In this document: piece by piece, positions 1 to 8,670 of the stretch
Layout: each line of letters starts with the position of its first letter
Numbering within the stretch: position 1 is the first letter of the stretch
Assembly: GCA_963792075.1 (NCBI GenBank)
Contig: CAWBUW010000002.1
Location: 466,850-530,849 of the forward strand
Direction: 5' to 3'
DNA: 64,000 nucleotides
DNA from: an uncultured Chloroflexia bacterium
GTDB lineage: Bacteria > Chloroflexota > Anaerolineae > Anaerolineales > UBA4823
Program-made: the position numbers and the translations under genes
Notes under the pieces: model-generated
What the model was told of the DNA's origin: nothing
What the model saw: only the letters and a program-made list of their open reading frames with translations
Database searches by the model: none

Positions 1-73
1 GTTCTGCGCGTGGTAGAAATCACTGCGACACCGGGCCCCCAGGCACTGGCACAATCCGAGATGATATTGATCT

Positions 74-1117
74 ATGTTCCCACGCCCTCCCCCTACCCCT
101 ATACCCACACCCATTCCGCGCAAAGGACAACTTGATCTTTCTCAAGCAATCACCGCCATCGCCGCCCCCGGAGCGCCGGAATATACCTGGGAGAACGCTG
201 CGCCTGTTTTGCTGGGCGTGCTGCTGCAATACCAGAATGTGACCGTGGATGCCTCGAGCCTGGCTGCCAAACTGCGCCCGAACCCGCTCGACGCAGCCGT
301 ATTTCCATATGAGATCGAGGATTACATTTTCAATCAAACCTCGTTGCAAGCGCTTTATCGCTTTGGCGGGGATATCGAGATCTTGCGCCGCATGGTCGAT
401 GCTGGACTGCCGGTGCTGCTGCAAAAGACCTATACCGGCACGGATGTGGCTGGCTGGGCGGCTGAATATGCCCTGGTAGTAGGTTTCGATGATTTCGAGC
501 AGCGCCTCGAGCTGATCGTGCTCCGTGAAGGCAGCATGCGGTCAGAACAAATCCTCTATGAGGATTTCATGCCGGCCTGGCTGCCTTTTGGCTACGCTTA
601 TTTTGCCATTCTTCCAACGGGGCGCTCGGGGGACCTGGCCCGAATCCTGGGGGAAAATTTCTCAGATACCCGGAATTACGCTGTCGCGATGGAAATTATC
701 GATATCGGATTGCAGAGAAATCTTGTGCAAACTTATTGGAGTTATTTTGCAGGAGCTACGCTCCTGACATACCAGGGAGAATACCAGCGTGCCGCTCTGC
801 TCTATGATGATGCTTTTTTCTTGTCCTATAGAATGCCGGAAGAGCAGCGCCCCTGGCGCGCACTGTGGTACAACTCGCGCCCTTATTGGGCATATTATTA
901 TACCGGTGATTTCGAACGAGTGATTACCCTGGCAGATGAAACGCTCACAAACGGTGGCAACCGTGGCCTGGAAGAGAGCCTGTACTGGCGCGCCATGGCG
1001 CGGAATGTATTGGGAAATCTTACGGGTGCGCTGGCGGATGTACAGGCCGCGCTGCAGGTACACCCGCAGTTTGGACCAGGCCTGTACCTGTTGGAACAGC
1101 TCAGCACAGCGCCATAA
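74..1117 (+). CDS. hypothetical protein with Pro/Thr-rich N-terminus and W/Y-rich helical-repeat (TPR-like) C-terminal half
   Basis: 347-aa ORF. A different frame is open from the window start to about 135, so the gene may begin upstream and change frame in the C-runs at 85-100. Confidence 0.5.
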   Translation: MFPRPPPTPIPTPIPRKGQLDLSQAITAIAAPGAPEYTWENAAPVLLGVLLQYQNVTVDASSLAAKLRPNPLDAAVFPYEIEDYIFNQTSLQALYRFGGDIEILRRMVDAGLPVLLQKTYTGTDVAGWAAEYALVVGFDDFEQRLELIVLREGSMRSEQILYEDFMPAWLPFGYAYFAILPTGRSGDLARILGENFSDTRNYAVAMEIIDIGLQRNLVQTYWSYFAGATLLTYQGEYQRAALLYDDAFFLSYRMPEEQRPWRALWYNSRPYWAYYYTGDFERVITLADETLTNGGNRGLEESLYWRAMARNVLGNLTGALADVQAALQVHPQFGPGLYLLEQLSTAP

Positions 1118-1174
1118 ATAGATAAATATGGTATAATTACGCAGCTTTAAGCGCTGCAATTCTAATTCACATGC

Positions 1175-1206
1175 AACGCCGGGATTCCGCCCGGTGTTGT
1201 TTTGTG
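1175..1206 (+). terminator. intrinsic terminator
   Basis: Stem AACGCCGGG/CCCGGTGTT (9 bp, one G-T), 6-nt loop, then GTTTTGTGTG. Lies 58 nt after the stop at 1117. Confidence 0.6.
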
Positions 1207-1226
1207 TGTATAACTTGTAAACTTTC

Positions 1227-1235
1227 TGATATTAT
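1227..1235 (+). promoter_or_regulatory. candidate extended -10 promoter for the pdh operon
   Basis: TGATATTAT (TGn + TATTAT) with no clear -35. Would give a leader of about 140 nt that includes hairpin 1294-1338. Confidence 0.25.
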
Positions 1236-1293
1236 TGAATGGGTTGGGTTCGTGCGGATCGCGTCTGTATAAACCCCCACCAGATTAAATATG

Positions 1294-1338
1294 TTTGGTA
1301 GTGTGTGTGGCGGCGTAGCCGCCACACACACTACCAAA
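1294..1338 (+). repeat. 21-bp perfect hairpin, TTGGTAG-GTGTG type
   Basis: TTTGGTAGTGTGTGTGGCGGC gta GCCGCCACACACACTACCAAA. No U-tract. Lies upstream of pdhA. Confidence 0.9.
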
Positions 1339-1384
1339 CAGAACTCAATTTTCAGATAGATACTAAATATTGAGGGAGTGGATA

Positions 1385-2344
1385 ATGGAAAAGCAAGTCT
1401 ATCTTGATCTATATCATCAGATGGTGCTGATCCGCCGCGTAGAAGAAGAAGCTGCCCAGCTTTACCAGCAGGGCAAAATCGGCGGTTTTTTGCACCTGTA
1501 TATTGGCCAGGAAGCGGTGAGCACTGGCCTGATCGGCCCACGAAAGCCGCAAGACCGCGTGATCACGGCTTACCGCGACCATGGCGTCGCCATTAATTGC
1601 GGCCTGCCGGTAAATAAGGTGATGGCGGAGCTGCTGGGCAAGGCAACGGGCGTGTCTAAGGGGAGGGGCGGCTCGATGCACATGGCAGACGTGACGAAGA
1701 ATTACTGGGGCGGGCACGCCGTGGTGGGCGCCCACCTGCCGATTGCCGCCGGCCTGGCGCTGGGCGACCAATACGCCGGTACGGATGGGGTCACCATCTG
1801 CATGTTCGGGGATGGCGCCACGAACATCGGTTTCTTTCACGAAGCCGTCAACCTGTCGAAGGTTTGGAACCTGCCCATTGTCTGGGTGTGCGAAAATAAC
1901 CAGTACGGAATGGGGACTTCCGTTGAACGCGCTTCTGCAGTGAGCGAAATCCGCCGCAAAGCCGATGGCTACGCTATCCCCAATGAGCGCGTCAATGGGA
2001 TGGATGTTATGGAAGTCTACAAGGCCAGCGAGCGCGTGCTGAAGCGTGTGCGCTCGGGCAAAGGCCCTTACTTCCTGGAGATGGTCACTTACCGCTTCCG
2101 GGGCCACTCGATGGGCGACCCCGAACGCTACCGCAAGTCCGAAGAGGTCAAGAAATGGCAGGAAGAGGACCCTATCGGTATTTACCACAAGTATTTGCTG
2201 GAACAGAAGCTCGCCACGCAGGCCAGCCTGGATGAGCTGGAGCAGAATGTGGAAACGGAATTGCGCGCCGCGATTGAGTTCGCTGAGAGCAGCCCGGAAC
2301 CTGCCCTTGAGACTTTGTTCGAAAACATTTACGCGGATGCCTAG
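1385..2344 (+). CDS. pdhA: pyruvate dehydrogenase E1 alpha subunit
   Basis: TPP motif GDGATN...NNQYGMGT. GAGGGAG lies 6 nt before the ATG at 1385; the ORF track begins at TTG 1370. Confidence 0.92.
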   Translation: MEKQVYLDLYHQMVLIRRVEEEAAQLYQQGKIGGFLHLYIGQEAVSTGLIGPRKPQDRVITAYRDHGVAINCGLPVNKVMAELLGKATGVSKGRGGSMHMADVTKNYWGGHAVVGAHLPIAAGLALGDQYAGTDGVTICMFGDGATNIGFFHEAVNLSKVWNLPIVWVCENNQYGMGTSVERASAVSEIRRKADGYAIPNERVNGMDVMEVYKASERVLKRVRSGKGPYFLEMVTYRFRGHSMGDPERYRKSEEVKKWQEEDPIGIYHKYLLEQKLATQASLDELEQNVETELRAAIEFAESSPEPALETLFENIYADA

Positions 2345-2353
2345 GAGGGCAAC

Positions 2354-3331
2354 ATGGCGAAAATCACGATGCGCGAGGCGATCTCCCAGGCTTTGTGGGA
2401 GGAAATGGAACGGGACCCCAAAGTTTTTATCTTGGGGGAAGAAGTCGGTGTGTGGGGAGGCACCTATGCGGTTACCAAGGGTTTCTACGACCACTTCGGT
2501 GAAAAACGAGTGCGTGATACCCCCATCTCCGAGTCGGCTATCATCGGCGCGGCGATCGGCGCCGCGCTGACCGGGCTGCGCCCGGTGGCCGAGCTGATGA
2601 CGATCAATTTTGCCTTTGCCGCTTTTGACCATATTGTCAACGAAGCGGCCAAGCTGCATTACATGTTCGGCGGGCAGTTCGTCCTGCCGCTGGTGATCCG
2701 CGCACCGGGCGGCGGCGGACGCCAGCTTGGCGCCACGCACTCGCAGACCCCCGATGCTATTTTTGCGCATTTCCCCGGCCTGAAAGTGGTTGCTCCAGGC
2801 ACACCGGAGGATGCGAAGGGCTTGCTCAAAGCGGCCATCCGCTCGAATGACCCTGTTTTGTTCATCGAGCATGCTACGCTGTACCAGACGCGGGGCGAAG
2901 TCCCCGAAGGGGATTACACGGTGCCGATTGGAAAATCCAAAATCCAGCGCCCCGGGCGGGATATTACCCTGGTGACCTACAGCAAGATGCTGGAATTGTC
3001 GCTGAAAGCTGCGGACCAGCTTGCCAAAGAGGGCATTGAGGTCGAGATCGTGGACCTGCGTACGCTGCGCCCGCTGGACATGGATCCGGTGATCGAGTTG
3101 TTCAAGAAAACCAACCGGGCAGTGGTCGTCGAAGAAGGCTGGCCTTCTTTCGGCGTGGGCGCTGAGATCTCCGCCCGTATTTACGAACAGGCCTTCGACT
3201 ACGTCGATGCGCCGGTCAAACGCATTGCCCAGAAGGAAGTCCCCCTGCCGTACAACCGGAAGCTCGAACAGAGCGCCATCCCGCAGGTAGAGGACATCGT
3301 CCAGGGCGTCAAGGAGGTGCTGCATGGCTGA
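2354..3331 (+). CDS. pdhB: pyruvate dehydrogenase E1 beta subunit
   Basis: 325-aa transketolase-like pyrimidine-binding and C-terminal domains, immediately after pdhA. Confidence 0.92.
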   Translation: MAKITMREAISQALWEEMERDPKVFILGEEVGVWGGTYAVTKGFYDHFGEKRVRDTPISESAIIGAAIGAALTGLRPVAELMTINFAFAAFDHIVNEAAKLHYMFGGQFVLPLVIRAPGGGGRQLGATHSQTPDAIFAHFPGLKVVAPGTPEDAKGLLKAAIRSNDPVLFIEHATLYQTRGEVPEGDYTVPIGKSKIQRPGRDITLVTYSKMLELSLKAADQLAKEGIEVEIVDLRTLRPLDMDPVIELFKKTNRAVVVEEGWPSFGVGAEISARIYEQAFDYVDAPVKRIAQKEVPLPYNRKLEQSAIPQVEDIVQGVKEVLHG

Positions 3332-4616
3332 AATCGTCATCATGCCCAAGCTCGGATTTGACATGGCCGAAGGCACCTTGGTGCGCTGGGTGATCGGCGA
3401 GGGCCGCGACGTGACCAAAGGTGCGGTGTTGGCGGAAATCGAAACCGATAAAGCCACCGTGGAGGTCGAATCGACTTTCAGTGGTGTGGTGGTGCGCCAC
3501 CTGGTAAAGCAGGGCGACGTTGTGCCGGTGAATACGCCGATCGCGGTGATTGGAGCGGCCGGCGAAAAGGTAGATTTCCAGGCGCTCGGATTAAGCGCGG
3601 AGAAGGCTGCCGCACCGGCAGCCTCAGCCCCTGCGATACCGGCTGCACAGCCTGTCGCGGCTGCAGCGGCTGCGATTGCTCCGGCTGCAGTAGAAGAGTT
3701 GGTGGAGGGCCATCTACCCGGAGGGGTAAAGGCCTCGCCGCTGGCACGGCGCGTGGCTGAAGAAAAAGGTCTGGACTTGCGCCTGGTGCGGGGCAGCGGC
3801 CCCGGCGGGCGGATTACCAGGACGGATGTCGCAGCGTACACGCCTGAGATGGCTGCTGCCCCGATGGCAGTCTCCCCTGCAACAGTGACCCCGCTGCCGG
3901 CTCCTATGGCGGGCGGTGAATTCCGCCCCGACCAGGCCATCCCGGTGAGCAAGCTGCGCGCGGCGATCGGCCGGCGCCTGGTGGAAGCCAAGCAGCAGGT
4001 GCCGCATTTTTACGTCACGCACGAATACAACATGGCCGCAGTGATGGACCTGCGCAAGCAGATCAATGCCATGCTGCCTGAAGACCAGAAAATTTCCGTC
4101 AACGACTTTATCGTCCGGGCTGTGGCGCTGGCATTGCGAGCTTTCCCGAATCTGAACGCCTCGCTGGATGCGGTCCATAATCAGGTCATTCAACATGGCC
4201 AGGTGAACGTGGGCGTGGCGGTGGCCGTAGAAAACGGGCTGCTGACCGTGGTTTGTAAGGAAACCGATCGCAAAGCGCTGCGCCAGATCGCAGTGGAAGT
4301 GCGTGGCATGGCTGCCCGGGCGCGCCAGGGCAAGGTGCGGACGGAAGATATCGAAGGCTCTACTTTTTCGATCAGCAACCTGGGAATGTTCGATGTCGAG
4401 CATTTCATCGCCATTATCAACCCGCCTGAAGCTGCGATCCTGGCGGTGGGCTCAGTGCGTGAAATCCCTGTGGTAGAGAATGGCGAGATCAAGATCGGCC
4501 AGCGGATGAAGGCCACGATTTCTGTGGACCATCGCGTCAGCGATGGCGCCGAAGCAGCACGCTTCTTGCAGGAATTAGCAAGATACCTTGAAGAGCCGTT
4601 GCGCTTGATGATTTAG
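3324..4616 (+). CDS. pdhC: dihydrolipoamide acetyltransferase E2
   Basis: N-terminal lipoyl domain (ETDKA), Ala/Pro linkers, E3-binding domain and catalytic DHRVSDG. Overlaps pdhB by 8 nt. Confidence 0.92.
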   Translation: MAEIVIMPKLGFDMAEGTLVRWVIGEGRDVTKGAVLAEIETDKATVEVESTFSGVVVRHLVKQGDVVPVNTPIAVIGAAGEKVDFQALGLSAEKAAAPAASAPAIPAAQPVAAAAAAIAPAAVEELVEGHLPGGVKASPLARRVAEEKGLDLRLVRGSGPGGRITRTDVAAYTPEMAAAPMAVSPATVTPLPAPMAGGEFRPDQAIPVSKLRAAIGRRLVEAKQQVPHFYVTHEYNMAAVMDLRKQINAMLPEDQKISVNDFIVRAVALALRAFPNLNASLDAVHNQVIQHGQVNVGVAVAVENGLLTVVCKETDRKALRQIAVEVRGMAARARQGKVRTEDIEGSTFSISNLGMFDVEHFIAIINPPEAAILAVGSVREIPVVENGEIKIGQRMKATISVDHRVSDGAEAARFLQELARYLEEPLRLMI

Positions 4617-4617
4617 C

Positions 4618-4660
4618 TTGGTAGAGTGTGCGGCAGTGAAACTGCTGCACACTCTACCAA
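4618..4660 (+). repeat. 19-bp hairpin, TTGGTAG-GTGTG type
   Basis: TTGGTAGAGTGTGCGGCAG tgaaa CTGCTGCACACTCTACCAA (one G-T). Starts 2 nt after the E2 stop. Its outer stem matches that of the 1294-1338 hairpin. Confidence 0.9.
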
Positions 4661-4677
4661 ACCGAAAGGAGTGAACC

Positions 4678-5247
4678 TTGCCCAGTGCACTATATGACCT
4701 GAAGTATCTTGAGGCCGGGCTGGAGGCGCTGGAAGCCTATCTCCTGGCCGATGGCCTATATTGGCAGATTGGCGCCAGCGCACCCGCGGGTGAAGCGCAG
4801 TTCCCCAGCCTGACCCTGGGCGGCTTACTCCTGGCCCACCAGCGTTTAGCCGCGCGCCGGTTGGATGCGGCTCAACAAAAGGACTTTGACAAGCTGGCCC
4901 ATACCCTGGAGCTCACCCGTTCTCACTGGCGTACAGCCTGGGGGAACAAAGCCAGGCGCAGCTTTCAAGCTCGCTTGACGCAGTGGAATAATTACCTGGG
5001 GGATTACTCAACCCAGCCAGATACCTATGCACACCAGTACCCGCAAGAAGTGCGCGTGCGCCTGATGTTGGCTTTGCTGCAGCCAGAGGCGGAGCAGATC
5101 GAGCCGGCGTCCTTGGAGCTGCTGGACAGCCTGGACGCGCTGCTGCACGCTCAGCTTCAACCGGGTGGGTTTGTCTGGGAGGCGGAGTTAGCGGGAGGAT
5201 TTCCGCAGGCCCAATTCTGGTACCTTTACGGGCGATTGGCAGAGTAA
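4678..5247 (+). CDS. hypothetical protein
   Basis: 189-aa ORF with TTG start preceded by AAAGGAG. No recognised motif. Confidence 0.6.
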   Translation: MPSALYDLKYLEAGLEALEAYLLADGLYWQIGASAPAGEAQFPSLTLGGLLLAHQRLAARRLDAAQQKDFDKLAHTLELTRSHWRTAWGNKARRSFQARLTQWNNYLGDYSTQPDTYAHQYPQEVRVRLMLALLQPEAEQIEPASLELLDSLDALLHAQLQPGGFVWEAELAGGFPQAQFWYLYGRLAE

Positions 5248-5402
5248 GTAACACTGCCCAGGGCTTTACAATCTCCATTGACAAATGCGCTCATGCTCCA
5301 GGAAAAGTGGGGTGAGGGAGACTCAGGCGAACTAAATCGGAATTGGTAAATGTTAAGACCCTGGTATCGTGCCAGTAACCTGGCGCGGCGATGCCAGGTT
5401 GG

Positions 5403-6128
5403 CTACTTCTGCGCGTCCTGCAGGCAGCTCACCAGCGCTTGCGCCAGGCCTTGCGGCTCTGCGGCGCTCAGTACAAGCACGGGTTGGCGCAAACCCTCGG
5501 CTAATTCCTTATCCACTGAAATTGATCGCAGTGCATTGTCTGCCAGCCAACTGCGCGGCAGGTAACCCAGCGCGCCTGGGGTCGCCGCGACGGCCTCCAG
5601 CATGGCAGCCGGATCGGGTGCCAGGAAAGCCTGGATCGGCGAGGGAGTGGAACCCCACAGCGCAGCTTTAAAGATCTGGCTGAGCTCCTCGCTGTCTGGA
5701 TAGCTCCAGGCCTGCACGGGCTGGGAGAAGGCTGCTTCCAGGCTGTCCCAGGTCACCATCTGCCCGGTGTATAACCGGCGTAGGGCTTCGGCAGAAAGGC
5801 TTGTGATCGGGTTATCAGGGTGCACGAGGATGACAATCTGCTCTTCCCCAATCTGAGCTGCAAAGTAAGGTGCTGCCAGCACCGGCGCACCCAGTCTCAG
5901 CGCCAGCCCATTCTGCAGGTCCAAGCGGGAGGCGGGGGTTTCCTCCATCCATAGGCGCAGATCGGGGAGCGTCGCCGCGCAGGCATAGAAGGATGGCTGC
6001 CAGGTGCGCACGGCAGGGGTCAGCGCCACGGTCAGCACCTGGGGTGTGGGTGGAGGGGGCTGGGTGGCAGGAGCTGTGCAAGCAGCCAGCAGCCCGGCAG
6101 CAAGGCAAAAGAGGAGAAGATTACGCAT
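5403..6128 (-). CDS. PstS/PBP-like substrate-binding lipoprotein
   Basis: Signal peptide plus lipobox MRNLLLFCLAAGLLAAC. PBP-like body. The start lies 4 nt after the uppP stop. Confidence 0.65.
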   Translation of the reverse strand: MRNLLLFCLAAGLLAACTAPATQPPPPTPQVLTVALTPAVRTWQPSFYACAATLPDLRLWMEETPASRLDLQNGLALRLGAPVLAAPYFAAQIGEEQIVILVHPDNPITSLSAEALRRLYTGQMVTWDSLEAAFSQPVQAWSYPDSEELSQIFKAALWGSTPSPIQAFLAPDPAAMLEAVAATPGALGYLPRSWLADNALRSISVDKELAEGLRQPVLVLSAAEPQGLAQALVSCLQDAQK

Positions 6129-6132
6129 GAAT

Positions 6133-6954
6133 TTATCGCACAAAGGCTACCCCGAGCGCGATCAGGCCAGCGATGGCGCAGTAGATGGCGAAACCGGTCA
6201 GCGAGCGGCGGGCCAGGTAACCCAACAACCAGCGGATGGAGAGATAACCGGTGACCGCGGCGGTGATAAAACCGGTCGCTACCGGCAGCACCATGCTGGA
6301 CAGGTTGGGAAGGTTAAATAAATCCAGCAGTGCCAGCAGACCGGCGGCTAACATCACCGGCACAGACATTAAAAAGGAAAAGCGAGCTGCGGAAGGACGA
6401 TCCAGGTGACGCAGCATGCCGCCGGTGATTGTCGCGCCAGAGCGTGAAATGCCAGGAAAGATCGCCAGTGCCTGGGCAATCCCCATCCAGAGTGCGTCCA
6501 ACCAGGTGAGCGTTTCAAGCGGGCGGCTGCGCTTGCCGATGCGCTCTGCAGCCAGAAGCAGCCCGGCGGTGACCAGCAGGAAAATGGCGGTAGCTACCGG
6601 GCTGGCGAAAGCTGCCTCGACCAGATCTTTGATCAGCAGACCCAGGATCCCGGCTGGGAGGGTCGCCAGGATCAAATACCAGCCCATGCGGGCATTGGGG
6701 TCAGCAAAAGGCTGGCGGCGGAGCAGACCGAGCAGGAAGGCGCGCCCAATGGCCCACAGGTCTTTCCAGAAGTACAGGATCACGGCTACCAGCGTGCCAT
6801 CCTGTACCAATACGTTGAAAATGAAAGCTTCATTGGCAGGGATCTTCCAACCGAAGAGAAAAGGCACCAGAACCAGGTGGGCGGAGGAGGAGATGGGCAG
6901 GAATTCGGTCAGGCCCTGTACAATACCGAGCAGAAAAGATTGTAGGAAGGTCAT
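6133..6954 (-). CDS. uppP: undecaprenyl-diphosphatase
   Basis: 273-aa polytopic BacA/UppP-like protein (LPISSSAHL and GISRSG motifs). Confidence 0.9.
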   Translation of the reverse strand: MTFLQSFLLGIVQGLTEFLPISSSAHLVLVPFLFGWKIPANEAFIFNVLVQDGTLVAVILYFWKDLWAIGRAFLLGLLRRQPFADPNARMGWYLILATLPAGILGLLIKDLVEAAFASPVATAIFLLVTAGLLLAAERIGKRSRPLETLTWLDALWMGIAQALAIFPGISRSGATITGGMLRHLDRPSAARFSFLMSVPVMLAAGLLALLDLFNLPNLSSMVLPVATGFITAAVTGYLSIRWLLGYLARRSLTGFAIYCAIAGLIALGVAFVR

Positions 6955-6969
6955 ATTATTATCGCCTGT

Positions 6970-8106
6970 TTATAGATCTTGAACGGTGGCAGCCTGGCGC
7001 TGTGCGAAGAAAGCCGCCGCGTATAGGTCGAGTGTGCCATCCAACACAGCCTGGCGCAGCTCGCGCGCGATCTGCAACAGCGTGTGCAGGTTGTGGATGG
7101 AGAGCAGCGTAGCCGAAAGCATCTCTTTGGCTGCGATCAGGTGGCGCAGGTATGCCCGAGAAAAATGTTGGCAGGTGTAGCAGGTGCAGGCAGAGTCAAT
7201 CGGCTGGGGATCCTGCGCATAGGCGGCATTGACTAAGTTGATCCGCCCGGTGCGCGTCATCGCCGCGTTATGGCGTGCCAGCCGGGTGGGCAGCACACAA
7301 TCGAAGATGTCCACGCCGCGCAGCACACCCTGCACCAGGTCTTCAGGGGTACCCACTCCCATCAAGTAGCGTGGGCGGTCTTCTGGCAGAATCCGATCCA
7401 CCAACTCCAGCGTGGCATACATTTCTTCTTTTGACTCGCCCACCGACAGCCCGCCAATGGCGCTGCCCGGCAAGTTTTGTGCTGCCACGAACTCGGCCGA
7501 GCGCTGGCGCAGGTCGGGGAAGATACCGCCTTGTACGATGCCAAAGAGCGCCTGGTCGGAACTTTGTTTGGCGCGCTGGCAGCGTTCGAGCCAGGCGTGG
7601 GTGCGCAGCATGGCGCGTTCGGAGTACACCCGGTCGAGGGGCGAGGCGCACTCATCGAAGGCCATGATGATATCTGCCCCCAGGTTCTCCTGGATGGCGA
7701 TGGCTTTTTCAGGCGTAAAGCGGTGCAGCGAGCCATCCGTGTGGCTTTTAAAAGTCACGCCATCCTCATCAATTTTGCGCGCATCCGCCAGCGAAAAAAC
7801 CTGGAAGCCGCCCGAATCGGTCAGCATGGGCCGGTCCCATTGCATAAAGCGGTGCAGACCGCCCATTTCAGCTACCAGCTCATCGCCGGGACGCAAATAG
7901 AGATGGTATGTATTCGATAGGACCAGCGTGGCGCCCAACTCGTGCAGTTGGGCGGGGGTGATCGATTTCACGGTAGCCTGGGTGCCGACCGGTGCGAAAA
8001 CGGGGGTGGGCAGCGGTCCGTGCGGTGTATGGAACACGCCCGCACGGGCTCGCCCCTGGCGGGCATGCAGTTCGAAGGAAAAAGGAGGTAAATTACTTAT
8101 ACTCAT
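6970..8106 (-). CDS. tgt: queuine tRNA-ribosyltransferase
   Basis: 378 aa with LTDSGGFQV and a C-terminal CxCxxC zinc motif. Confidence 0.93.
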   Translation of the reverse strand: MSISNLPPFSFELHARQGRARAGVFHTPHGPLPTPVFAPVGTQATVKSITPAQLHELGATLVLSNTYHLYLRPGDELVAEMGGLHRFMQWDRPMLTDSGGFQVFSLADARKIDEDGVTFKSHTDGSLHRFTPEKAIAIQENLGADIIMAFDECASPLDRVYSERAMLRTHAWLERCQRAKQSSDQALFGIVQGGIFPDLRQRSAEFVAAQNLPGSAIGGLSVGESKEEMYATLELVDRILPEDRPRYLMGVGTPEDLVQGVLRGVDIFDCVLPTRLARHNAAMTRTGRINLVNAAYAQDPQPIDSACTCYTCQHFSRAYLRHLIAAKEMLSATLLSIHNLHTLLQIARELRQAVLDGTLDLYAAAFFAQRQAATVQDL

Positions 8107-8114
8107 GGGGACAA

Positions 8115-8120
8115 ATTATA
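8115..8120 (-). promoter_or_regulatory. candidate -10 box for a leaderless tgt mRNA
   Basis: TATAAT on the minus strand, 8 nt upstream of the tgt ATG, with no Shine-Dalgarno. Confidence 0.35.
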
Positions 8121-8156
8121 CCTTTGGAGGGGGATATTGGGTTGTGTATGTGTATC

Positions 8157-8265
8157 GGTTCATTGGGAGTTGCCGTAACAAAGGGCAATTGTGGGGGTAT
8201 TTTGCGGGCTTTGCCCGCAAAATACCCCCACAAAACCGCCCTATCATGGCGATTCCCAGAGAGCC
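8157..8265 (+). mobile_element. MITE-like palindromic element, family 1, copy A (109 bp)
   Basis: Termini GGTTCATTGGGAGTTGCCGT ... ATGGCGATTCCCAGAGAGCC. Flanked by identical TGTGTATC at 8149-8156 and 8266-8273. Nested rod-like hairpin. Confidence 0.7.
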
Positions 8266-8424
8266 TGTGTATCCATTATCAATCCATGGGGTTTCTATTG
8301 AAAGGAATTGGCCTACAATTAAGAGGGCCGATCCATATTTCACATTTGAGAAGGCCTTCAAAATTCAGCCAAACGGCTGCGGGGTCGAGAAGGCCATAAT
8401 TTCTTTTTTTCGACGGAGGAAAAC

Positions 8425-8595
8425 ATGAAACTCAGTACACCTAAAAACATTACGTTCTGGATCGCAGTAGCACTTGCAGCCCTAGGGTTGCTTGCCAGTT
8501 TAGTCACGATCCCGGTGCTATCCCCCCTTGCCTTCTGGCTGGTGGTGGTCGGTTTCGTCGTTTTGGCATTGGGCAACCTCCTAGAAGGTTTCTAA
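8425..8595 (+). CDS. small two-TM membrane protein (56 aa), absent from the ORF track
   Basis: GGAGGA lies 5 nt before the ATG. MKLSTPKNITFWIAVALAALGLL...VVVGFVVLALGNLLEGF. Followed by a terminator. Confidence 0.45.
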   Translation: MKLSTPKNITFWIAVALAALGLLASLVTIPVLSPLAFWLVVVGFVVLALGNLLEGF

Positions 8596-8670
8596 TAAAG
8601 ATGTTGAAGGTACAAGCGGGCGCTGCTGAGACCTCGCAGTGACGCCTGCTCATCCCTTCAACTTACGGTT

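Noticed and set aside
1243-1262. GGGTTGGGTTCGTGCGGATC, resembling a tRNA T-arm
   Set aside because: No acceptor stem, anticodon arm or cloverleaf can be built around it. The canonical GGTTCGAATCC-type T-loop context is absent.
3590-3720. Repetitive GCTGC/GCAGC-rich stretch inside the E2 gene
   Set aside because: It encodes the Ala/Pro-rich flexible linker (AAAPAASAPAIPAAQPVAAAAAAIAPAA) that normally separates the lipoyl and E3-binding domains. It is not a separate repeat feature.
1409-3991. 860-aa ORF on the minus strand spanning pdhA, pdhB and part of E2
   Set aside because: It is antisense to three well-supported genes and codon-aligned with pdhA/pdhB. It stays open only because the sense genes avoid TTA, CTA and TCA codons. 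Its translation is Ala/Arg/Gly/Pro-rich low complexity with no motif. This is a typical GC-bias shadow ORF.
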